Below are positions 15,375-25,700 of a DNA stretch of 64,000 nucleotides, piece after piece. The notes beneath the pieces were generated by a model. The model was given only the letters and a program-made list of their open reading frames with translations. It was not told the origin of the DNA and did not search any database. The stretch spans positions 21,824,001 through 21,888,000 of the forward strand of contig OX597840.1 in NCBI GenBank assembly GCA_951406725.2, given 5' to 3'. This DNA comes from Octopus vulgaris (taxonomy: Eukaryota). Within the stretch, counting starts at the first letter, position 1, and the number at the start of each line of letters is the position of its first letter. Made by a program: the position numbers and the translations under genes.

Positions 15375-15474
15375 NNNNNNNNNNNNNNNNNNNNNNNNNN
15401 NNNNNNNNNNNNNNNNNNNNNNNNNNNNNNNNNNNNNNNNNNNNNNNNNNNNNNNNNNNNNNNNNNNNNNNNNN
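15375..15474. other. Assembly gap (100 N)
   Basis: Run of exactly 100 N, a typical placeholder gap size. Confidence 0.99.
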
Positions 15475-15610
15475 AACTCAGAACACAGCAGTTATCAAAA
15501 TACTACGAAGCATTTCGCTCAGCATCCTAACAATTCTATCAGCTTACTGCCTTAATAACATTAATAATAATAATAATAACTTGGGTGGTTGGTATGTGTT
15601 AGTAGCTTAC

Positions 15611-15758
15611 CTTGAAATTCTTCTTCCCCATCTTCCTTCAACAAAAATGCGAGAGGTCCAAACGTTCTCAAGATGTAGATTTTGGCTGAGAGTGATAGAA
15701 GCTGGTTGCTATTGACAACTTCACTGCATGTTTTTTGATAACATTCTTCACTGTTCAT
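15611..15758 (-). CDS. ZSWIM2: First coding exon of a ZSWIM2/MEX-like (SWIM-RING-ZZ E3 ligase) gene: MNSEECYQKTCSEVVNSNQLLSLSAKIYILRTFGPLAFLLKEDGE...
   Basis: Acceptor ttgtcttgcag ending at 15766, ATG at 15758, donor CAAG|GTAAGC at 15610. IYILRTFGPLAFLLKEDGE resembles the ZSWIM2 N-terminus (human IYLLREMGPTGFLLREEE, from memory). The rest of the gene is lost at the N gap. Confidence 0.72.
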
Positions 15759-16134
15759 CTCAATACTGCAAGACAAAGAATCGCTGGATTAACCATTGAG
15801 CAAAACAAGGATGTGTTCAGGCATCAAAGGAAGCGAGATACCACAGAAATGGTAAATGGTTTATGGCACAAAAGAAATCACTTTTAAACTTTGTAAAATA
15901 ATATACAAAGTGGTTTATATGACTAAAAATAGTTTTGAAGTGTTTGTGCTGTCATGGTGAGGATCTGATCAAAGACTTTGTAATTAAATATAACTGAGAG
16001 AAGACTTTTCCAAAATTAAGTGGAAATATGCAAAAATAAACATTATTTTCCATCTTACTGTTTAGTTTTGTTTCATCTTAAAAACTAAAATTTTATTTTA
16101 TGGTTTATTATTGTTTATATTTTGAATGTGAAAG

Positions 16135-16475
16135 TGTGTGGCTCAGTGGTTAGAGGGTCAGGCTCACAATCACAAGGTAGTGAGTTTGATTCCTAGACTA
16201 GGTTGTGTGTTGTGTTCTTAAGCAAGATACTTTATTTAATGTTGCTCCAGTTCACTCATCTGGAGACATGAGTTGCAATGTCACTGGTGCCAAGCTGTAT
16301 CAGTCTTTGCTTTTCCCTTGGATAACATCGGTGGTGTGGAGAAGAGAGGCTGGTATGCATGGGTGACTGCTAGCCTTCCATAAACAACCTTGCCCAGACT
16401 TGTGCCTTGGAGGGGAACTGTCAAGGTGCAATCCCATGGTCACTCATGACCAAAGGGGGGTCTTTACTTTACCTT
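16135..16475 (+). mobile_element. tRNA-derived SINE family 2; copies at ~25450-25785(+), ~32530-32870(+), ~8460-8810(-), partial ~40780-40980(+) and ~42300-42440(-)
   Basis: TGGCTCAGTGGTTAGA A-box, GTGAGTTYRATTC B-box, core GTTCTTRAGCAAGAYACTTTATTT..GTTGCTCCAGTTCA and tail GGTGCAATCCCATGGTCA. Confidence 0.72.
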
Positions 16476-17056
16476 AGACGTCCAGGTGCAGGCATGGCTG
16501 TGTAATGAAGAAGCCTACTTTGCCACCATGTGATTCCAGGTTCATTCCCACTGCACAGCACCTTCTACTAGAGCCATGGGTTGACCAATGAACTGTGAAA
16601 GAATTTAGTAAATGGAAACTATGTGGAAGCCCATCCTATGTGTGTGTGTGTGTTTTGTCACCCCACCCCTCCCTGCTGTTTGACAACTGCTGTTAGTTTG
16701 TTTACATCCCTGTAACTTAGCGATTTGGTTGAAAGGCACCGATAAAATAAGTAGTCAGACATTTAAAAAGAAAGGGTGAGATCGTTTCGTTCAATTAGAC
16801 CAGTCAGTGACTAAGACAGACATAATTGTGGCTTTGGGTAACAACATGTGTGTGTGTGTGTGTGCAAATATGTCCGTGTATGTGTGTTTATGTACGTATA
16901 TATCTTTACGGGCTTTCATGAAACTCAAAACAATCTCACACACCATCAAAATATCTCTGCACAATTTACCTGTCATTGCTGTGGACATTGGCTTCTGTCC
17001 AAACATAAAAATATTCAACCGTGTTCTTGGTTGGCAAAGCAGTCAGCCTGCCGCCG

Positions 17057-17084
17057 CTCACCATGGTTACAGTTGCTAGGGAAT
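17057..17084. promoter_or_regulatory. Two adjacent RFX X-box-like motifs in a CpG-enriched putative promoter upstream of the ZSWIM2-like gene
   Basis: CTCACCATGGTTAC (reverse complement GTAACCATGGTGAG) and GTTGCTAGGGAAT, compared with the consensus GTYNCY(AT)RGNAAC; candidate minus-strand 5'-exon donor CAG|GTAAAT at 16969. Confidence 0.5.
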
Positions 17085-17404
17085 TACAAACTTCTAACGC
17101 CGGCGCTCCATTATGGTTCTGTCTTGGAGTTTTGTTGCACGGTCTCGAGTCTGTGTTCCGTCGTACGTCTTGCAAGAGTGCGCGTGCGCGTGCATGCGAG
17201 GCAGCGAGGAACTGGCAGAATCGTTTGCAACGCCGGACAAACTGCTTTTCATCCGTCTTTACGTTCCGAGTTCAAATCCCGCCGACGTCGACTTTGGTTT
17301 TCATCCTTTCGTGGGTAAATGAGCACCAGTGTAACACTGGAGTCGATGTAATCGATTAACCCCCTCCTCTCAAATTGCAGGCCTGGTGCCGATAGCAGAA
17401 AGTG

Positions 17405-17448
<44 letters not shown>

Positions 17449-18315
17449 GTGTGTATGTACTGTTATGACTATTTTTATCGCTTATTTATTATTTGCTTGT
17501 CATTAGAATGTGACAAGGCACCACATTGAAAGGTTATAGTTGAATTAATCGTCCCCTGTACTTTTTTGGGGGAGGGGGAGTCTGGTACTTATTCTTTCGG
17601 TCTCTTTTGCTGAACCGCCGTGTTACAAGGATGTAAATAAACTAAAACCAGTTGTCAATCGATTGTTGGTCACACACACATACACACACAGGTGCACGCA
17701 CCTATGTGAGTGCGCGCGCACTCACACACACACACAGGGACTCGCGCACTCACACACACACACACTCACATAGGTACGCGCGCACTCACACAGACACATA
17801 TACTCATACACAAATGACGGGCTTCCACACGGTTTCGTCTCCCTAATTCACTCACAAATTCTTGGGCCCATGTCTGTAGAAGGCAATTGCCCAAGGTGCC
17901 GCGCAGTGGGACAGAAGCCGACACAACATGGTTACAAAGTGAGCTTCTTAACAACCGCAGAGCCAGCCATATTTGGGTCTATTTAATAAACGTCTGCTGG
18001 AAGACTTCAAGACATTTAACCGAGCAAACAGTCATTTTGGTTTCCACCCTTTCTCTAAGTGTTACTCGGTGCAAGTCTGCAATCCCTGACGCACCTGGCG
18101 ATAGTTGAGGAAATGAGGAAGGGGAGGGGAAGGGGAGAGTGACGAGGACAGACATAATGGACGAAGGGGAGGCATTTATTAACGGCTTGCCACAATCAAT
18201 CTGTAGCTTCTATGTCCTCAGCTGCCGTACTTAACTTTTCAGTCTCAGTGGCGGCTCAATCGGGTTAGTCTTTGACATTTTTCTTGGATCCTGCAAGGAT
18301 TCATGGGGGACCTTT

Positions 18316-18562
18316 TCCTTTTGAACGGCAGTTTTCAACACAATTTCTAGTTAACTAAACACTTTTAAACTTTCGTATACTGGTAGAATGTGTCAAAATA
18401 AAACATTTTTTGCATCTTTCCTTTTGAACGGCAAGTTTTCAACAATTTCTAATTAACTAAACACTTTTTAGTTAACTAGAAATTGTGTTGAAAACTGCCG
18501 TTCAAAAGGAAAAAAATCAAAAAAATGTTTTATTTTGACACATTCTACCAGTATACGAAGTT
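18316..18562. repeat. Tandem-plus-inverted repeat forming a hairpin with ~95 bp arms
   Basis: 18368-18461 is the near reverse complement of 18466-18562, preceded by a direct repeat of TTCCTTTTGAACGGCAGTTTTCAAC. Confidence 0.85.
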
Positions 18563-18789
18563 CATGGGCTTTATCTATGATCCTTGGCATTTCCATTAAC
18601 AGGAGAAGCAAACGTCTGGCCCATGAAGACAATTTGCTTCAGGACAATGGAATGGTGAATGTTGAATTAAGAACATTCGTGGGGGACTGATAGATGGCGT
18701 GATCGCATGAAATCATTGAAGCGTCCGGGAGGATGGACAAACTAACTAACCGACTGACTGATTGACTATATATATATACATATATATAA

Positions 18790-19100
18790 ACAGGGAGAGG
18801 AGACATCATGCCTGTGAGAAGTTGGAGTATGTCCATTAATGATGGAGAGCTAATCAGCCGAGTAGTCCTTCTCTAGGTGTGATCTGAATGTCTGTTTATA
18901 TGACAGATGCAGCGTCCCAAATGTGAGAGCACCACTCCACTGAGGACCTCAACTGAGCCTTGTAAAGAGACAGCAGCCATTGGGTAGGCTGAAATATCTT
19001 CTGGTCCTAACGAGAAGGGCCATTCTTTGGGACGTGGTCCGAGCTAAGGATGTGTCCTCACCTAGGGACACCCTTAGTAATAGGGAGGCCCAGCATTTCT
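18790..19100 (-). mobile_element. Degenerate LINE (CR1/Jockey-group) ORF2 relic
   Basis: The minus strand reads LLVRTRRYFS / LLSLYKAQLRSSVEWCSHIWDAAS / RRTTRLISSPSLMDILQLL, with stops and frameshifts, resembling the LYKAQVRP.MEYCSHIW...QRRAIRLI motif. Confidence 0.6.
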
Positions 19101-20514
19101 AATGACTATGAGAGCTCTAGCTAAATAAACGGTTATTGAATTTACTCCGCCTGAGAACTTCATTCTTCGTATTTCCAGCTTCTTGAATCAACAGAATAAT
19201 TATAACAGAAGAAGATATCCCCAAAGTATCATAAGATCCTTCTTTCCATTATATACTGTTGAGGAAACCAATTTCCTCCAGCTTCACATTTCTCTCTACT
19301 TTTTCTTTTCTTTTTTTTTAATTAAAGCTTTCATAAATTAGTGAAGACTGTTAATTATAGAGTGAAACTTTTGTCTTTCATCTGCCTATTCCCTTCTACA
19401 TCGCTAATTTTCTTATTTTAACTCCTTCACGTTTAAAAAAAATGCATTCACGAACGGTTAAGACAATTGCTGAGACTGCCATGATTAAACTGATTTATGT
19501 ATTTGCTTAGAACTGCTTGCAAATTTCTCACGAGTTATGTCATTTGTTTTCCTTGTGAGCATAAAATGCTCAACCCCCCTCTACATGTGTGTAGACAGAT
19601 GAGGGGGAGATGCGTGTATGTTTGACAGGTGACCTGGAAGCTTCAACTATTACTACTTATAAATTGAGAAAAAATTTAGAAGGAAAAGAGACAGGTTATT
19701 TTTCTTTTTGTCTTCGACAAATACTCGTTTTCAAGTATTTGCAGAAGCAACTTGTCAAGCCGGTTTTTATTCTACTTTATTTTCAAGAGATAGTAACGAA
19801 ATAATTTTAAAAAAACCTGTCGTTGTGAATTCAGTTTGAGAATTATTAAACAGAAAATGAAGTTTTAACTTAATTTTATGAAGATTGGCATTAGGAGATA
19901 CGAAACTAAAATTTAGGAAAACTCTAAATTTAAAAGAATAAATAATTCTTTCTACTATAGGCACAAAGCTAGGAATTTTAAGGAGGAATTCGATTACATT
20001 GATACCAGTGATCAACTTGTACTTATTTCATTAACCCCCACCCCACCGAAAGGATGAAAGGCCAAGTTGACCTCAGCGAAATTTGAAGTCAGAACGTAAA
20101 GCCGGAAGAAATGCTGCTAAGCATTAGTGCAATGCCCAAACAATTCTGCCAGTTCGCCGCCCTTAAATAAACAATGCATGATATATTAAAAAAAAAAAAA
20201 AAAAGAAACAAGAGAGGCAGTTCTGAAGTTAAAATACGGTGTTGAATAAATTGAACAGCTCTGTAGTGAACTTAGGCAATATGGAAGTTTGAAAGCGTAA
20301 GTTGGGATTTTCTCTCCGCTTTTGTTTATTTTTGTTGTCATCGTTTTACATTTCGTAGATTTCTGCCCGTTCAACGACACCCTTCTCTGTCAAGCCATAG
20401 CTTTCTAATGATTTAGGGATAATACAGTAATCTCGTCATTTTTAGCCGGGGTGCCGCTGACCGTACCCTTTAATTGATTCCTTGGGGGTACCGGGTGGCC
20501 CCCACCTCGTTCAT

Positions 20515-21605
20515 TGACCCTTTCCCTTTCCCGTGACAGTTTTGGGTACATTGACATTGATAAGAAGTAATTATTCCTTCGGAATGTTAACAACTTTGCA
20601 GTTATTTAATTTTCTTTTTTTTTTCTTACGAAATGAAAACACGAAACGGAATGAAAGGAAACAATTTACGTTGTTCGAAAAGTTGTCCAAATTCTAGAAA
20701 TATTGTTGATTCAAGTGACCTATGATGAAAGGCATTCCAACCGTGACCATCCTGTCTTTTAGGGATATGTATGTGTACATTGTCTAATGTGTCCTTTCCT
20801 TATTCAAGTCTGTCGAGTGCGGGTTATGGGAGATATGGCTGCTGTTTCTAGCAGACTTAAACCTCGTTAACCCTTCATTTTCCCATGACATTTTGGGTAC
20901 ATTGACATTGCTAAGAAGGGAAAAAGTAATTATTACTCGGAATTTTAACGACTTTACAGTTATAGTTTTCTTTCTTTCTTTTTTTTTTTTTTTTTTTTGC
21001 TCGCGAAATGAAAGAAAACACTACGTTATTCGCAAAGTTGTCTAAATTTTAGAAGAAATATTGTTGTTGTTAAGCCTAGGTTCAACCTTTATTGAAGTGA
21101 CCAATGATGAAAAGCGTTCCAGAGGTGACTATCCTGTCTTTTAGGGATATATATGTATACATTGTCTAGTGCAGTAAAATTTTCGTTATTCAAGCCTGTC
21201 GGGTGCGGATTATGGAGATATGGCTGCTGTTTCTAGCAGACCTAGAAACCGCGTTAACCTTTTCCTTTCCCGTGACAGTTTTGGGTACATAGACATTAAT
21301 AAGAAATAATTGTTATTCGGAAGCTTGTATTATTGTTTTCTGTTTTTTTTTTTTCTCACGAAATGAAAGAAAACGGTTACTTTATTCGAAAAGTTGTCCA
21401 AATTCTAGAAGAAATATTGCTGATGTTGTTAAGCCTAGGTTCAACCTTTATTGAAGTGACCTATGATAAAAGACATTCCAGACATGATCATCCTGTCTTT
21501 TAAGGGTCTGTATGTATACATTATCTAATGTGTCTTTTCTTCAAGTATGTTGGATGAGGATTATGGGAGACTTGGCTGCTGTTTCTAGCAGACTCTAGAG
21601 ACCGC
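20515..21605 (+). repeat. Three diverged tandem copies of a ~350-385 bp unit
   Basis: Units start at ~20518, ~20871 and ~21258 (TTCCCRTGACA..TTTTGGGTACAT) and each ends GGCTGCTGTTTCTAGCAGAC. Confidence 0.85.
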
Positions 21606-21834
21606 TCTGAGTTTTCCTCGTGGGCTTGTTATAGAAAGTGTAAAGGCGAAAATGAAATTTGTAGAAAACTTTTCCGGTGTGTGTTTTTCTTTCTTTCTTT
21701 CTTTTTGTAAAGACAGTGTTTGGGTTTTTAGTACGTAACGACCGTCGTGAGTGAGCGTGTGCGAGTGTGTTTGTTCAGTTCTATCCAGAAGATGAAAAGT
21801 AATGTCACATAAAACCAATCTGCAATTAACCAAT

Positions 21835-22193
21835 TTGACCCTTTAGCATTCAGATTACTTTATCAAATCTAATGTTTATTTTTTTCACAACATTTTGAAT
21901 TAATTATATATTATCTCATAGCTTCAATATTTCAATGATGTGATTGTTTATTTTTAGATTGACATTGTAGAGAAGGTGTGAGATGCCAGATCTGGCCAGT
22001 TTAACTCTTTAGCATTCAGATTCCTCTGTCAAATGTAATGCTTATTTATTCACATTAATTCTGTCTTATAGGTTCAAGCTTTCAGTGATGTGATAATATA
22101 GTTTTGGACATATGACATTGTAGGGTCAGTGTGAGAGGCCAGTTTGAACATGAATCCGGTAGAGTATTTGGGCCAGATATGCTAAAGGGTTAA
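21835..22193. mobile_element. piggyBac-type MITE(s) with CCCTTTAGCAT...ATGCTAAAGGG termini at TTAA-like sites; other copies at ~26950-27176, ~31612-31842, ~38444-38666 and ~2707-2930
   Basis: ttgaccctttagcattcaga ... gctaaagggttaa, with a second nested start ttaactctttagcattcaga at ~22001. Confidence 0.6.
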
Positions 22194-22327
22194 CTATCGC
22201 ACATTCACAATATTTTCCTGCTGTATTTATTAACACTGACTCTGATCTGTTGGTTGTCTCCTCCAGGTGTACCAAAAGTGTTTCTCCTTCATTATGCCAC
22301 TCTTCAAATAACCCAGCACCAACAAAC

Positions 22328-22534
22328 ATGGCAGCGTCTATGGCTTTCAACTTGGACTTCAGCAGATACAGTGTAATACTCGTAGTTATTATTTTTGTTT
22401 GTTACATCAACTCTCTGCAATGTGGCTTTGTTTTTGATGATCTATCAGCCATAATTGACAACCAGGATCTTCGACCCCATGTACCACTGTCAAATCTCTT
22501 TTGGAATGATTTCTGGGGTACACCTATGAATAAG
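22328..22534 (+). CDS. TMTC3: TMTC3 coding exon 1 ([11 protein letters not shown]...[18 protein letters not shown]...[10 protein letters not shown])
   Basis: ATG at 22328 in AAAC-ATG-G context; upstream acceptor ctccag|22267; donor GTAAGT at 22535; contains the conserved DD motif of GT-C mannosyltransferases. Confidence 0.93.
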
Positions 22535-22713
22535 GTAAGTTCATGCATGTAAAATAGGCAATAAGAGGTCTGCTAGTCCTGTTATTGTTTGGGTTTGAGT
22601 CAGACCTACAATCAAAACTAGTTACCTGGTGACCATACAAAATGTGTCTAAGGCTGTGGTTCTCAACCATTTTTTTACTTATAGACCCCTTTGTTTTCTG
22701 TTTTACTCCAATC

Positions 22714-22776
<63 letters not shown>

Positions 22777-25700
22777 GACACTTCTTTCAGTTTCTGTCAA
22801 CCAAATCCACTCAAATTCACACAATTATTGCATCAGTCCTTCAGTTTTACTAAGCCCTGTAAAAGAACTGGGAAAGTTGGGCCTCCAACCAGCCCTTTTG
22901 TGATACCCTTAAAGCCAAGAATTTTTCAGCACCCCCTCATACTCTTTCCGTTTACTATATAATTCAGTCACATGTAGATTGCCATTAGTCTGTCACTTAT
23001 TATTTTTAGTAATCACACTTGCTTTTGTTTCCCAATAATCTCTGCTAAGTTAGCCTTGCTTTCCTTTTTCCTTTCTGATTTTTAAAAATTGTAAAGGTAA
23101 TTTATGGATACGCTATATATTAAAATTGATAAGAATTTTCTAGAGAGTCTGAGTAGACATTAATAATTGCTTTCTTTAATAAAACTTATTCCTGACCAAT
23201 TAATAAGTAGTTGTCTTTATTATTGTAGACACCAACAAACAGTGAAGTCCTGATATTATGACTGATCTTATCTTTATTCTTTATAGGAAGACAGCCACAA
23301 GTCTTACCGACCATTATGCGTTCTGACCTTTCGGCTGAATTATGCACTGACTGCCCTCAACCCAATGTCCTATCATTTGGTCAACATCGTACTACATGCA
23401 GTTGTCAGTGTATTACTAATGAGGTGAGGCCAGGCGTTTTCTTTTTATGTTTTATGCCATATTTCTTTCTTTGTTTTTGTGAACAGTTGCTCTGTTGTTT
23501 ATAGATTTCCGTGAAGTAATTAGGATTAAATTTATCTTATGCATCTCAAGTGGTTGAAATGTTTACTACGCAACTACAAAGTTTTGTGTTCAGTCCCAGC
23601 TGGAGCAAGTGTCTTCCACTATAGCCCCGAGCTAGCCAAAGCCTTATGAGTGGGTTTCGTAGGACACTGATGCTTGTTTACAACCATCATGTGATAAGAC
23701 AAGACACGCTTACACACACACACACACTTATATGGTGCTTGTCTATTCATTAGTGGAGTCTGACCATCACTGACGAGTTGTCTTCTAATTGATTGTTCCT
23801 ACAAACGTGAGATCAGCAGTGACTCATGAAGCCAGTCAGAGACTTTAACAGAATTTAATATGGAGACTAGGAATTAAATAGTTTCTGCAAGGGAGACAAT
23901 TCCAACAATCTCAGCTGATTCAAGTTTTTGATGAGGTTAGACTAGTGGTCCTCAACAAGGGGCCCTGTGACACTTTGGGATCCACATAAGGTTTTGTGTT
24001 TCTAGAACTTATGTGCAATAAATTGCTCATACTTCGACAATACACAAAATATTTTAACAATTTTTTTTTTTAATGCAAATCCTAATAATATTTATTTCGT
24101 TTTTGGATTTGGTTTGCAAGATTCTTTAGGTTCATGTGTTGAAGCATATTCTGTTGTGTCTGGGGAGAGCAAGCTCATAAATATGGCAGAATACATACAT
24201 ACAGATGCACACACATAAATATATACATATGGATACATACATACACACACACATACGTACATGCATGCACAGCCACACACACACACACTGACCCACACAC
24301 ACGCGCACAAACAAAAAGGAACGCAGTGTGAATAACAGACAGAGTCAAGACTATTGAAAAGGTTGCAAAAAATAAGTTTAAAGCCTAAAGATCAATGATC
24401 TGCCTCCTTTTACCATCATTCTCCTCTGTCGTCTTAAATTCTCTCTATTTTGTCCACAGAGTCTGCTGTTTGTTCCTGCATCATTTCACTGCTCTTCTCG
24501 CTGCTGTCCTCTTCGCCTTACACCCAATACACACAGAAGCAGTAAGTAGAACAGATTAAATTGATCTTGTTTCGTTCTCGATTAGAACTGCACACCTGCA
24601 GAATTCTTGCAGCAGAGTTGCACCAAATGCTTTGTGGTAATTTGTTCTGGAACTGTAAAATTTTCAAGATCTTGGTCCTTTCTGAGCCGAAGTAAAGAGT
24701 TATTCCGTGTGGGAAGATGAATGGGAACATAACATGATGTTGACTGGATGTTTGATTTTTATCACTTTCAGTACATATTTTGGGGACACAACAGGCCAAC
24801 AGTTGTTCTGTGTGTTCACCATCTGATCCTGGCAAAACTATTTCTCATCTGAGACAAAACAGAGCAGGTTCAGTTGGAAGGAAAGCTTGAGTTTGTTCAA
24901 AAGCTTCATGGCGCAGTTTTTCCTCTTGACCTTCATGGCTTGGGATAAAAATTGGTCCTTTCTCATTTTGTATGAGGAATGCTGAATGTCTTCATGAACT
25001 ACCTGCCCGATAAGAAACTCAGACACTCCACTGACCTTGGCGATGAACCTGATTGGAGGGATCGTTGTCAATCATGGCCTGGATCTTACCAACAAATTCA
25101 GTTCTTTTCTTATCAGAAAAATCAAAGTGAGTTTTCCAAGCTGCCGTACCTTCGTAATCCCCATTAGACTCCTCCATCTCTTTCCGAATCCCTCTGCACT
25201 GTTCTCAGATTGTCACCTAAACATCTTGAAATGTTCGTATTGGAACTTCTGGTGCAAATGCCAGGCAGTACAGCATGTCATTCTCAAATTTCTGGCAAAG
25301 TGAATTGCCTCATGGTGCTGTTTTTCTCACAGACGGTGCCCAACTGACCCTACTATACTGTGTAGTCAACAAAATCAAAAACAAACAATGCGCATGCAGA
25401 GAATTAAGCATATAAAATGGTGACAATTTACCCATCGCACCCTCTGTGTGTGTGGTTCAGTGGTTAGTATGTCAGGCTCACAATCATGAGGCTGTGAGTT
25501 CAATTCTTGGACCGGGCTGTGTATTGTGTTCTTGAGCAAGATACTTTATTTCACATTGCTCCAGTTCATTTAGCTGTAGAAATGAGTTGTGGTGTCACAG
25601 GTACCAAGCTGTATCAGCCCCTTTGCCTTTCCCTTGGATAACATTTGTGGTGTGGGGAGGAGGTTGGTATGTATGGGTGACTGCTGACCTTCCATAAAAT

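Noticed and set aside
15307-15555. ORF spanning the N run
   Set aside because: Artefact of translating across the assembly gap
16135-16215. tRNA-like A/B boxes here and at ~39275, ~25450, ~32530 and elsewhere
   Set aside because: Heads of dispersed tRNA-derived SINEs that continue into shared SINE bodies; no complete cloverleaf seen
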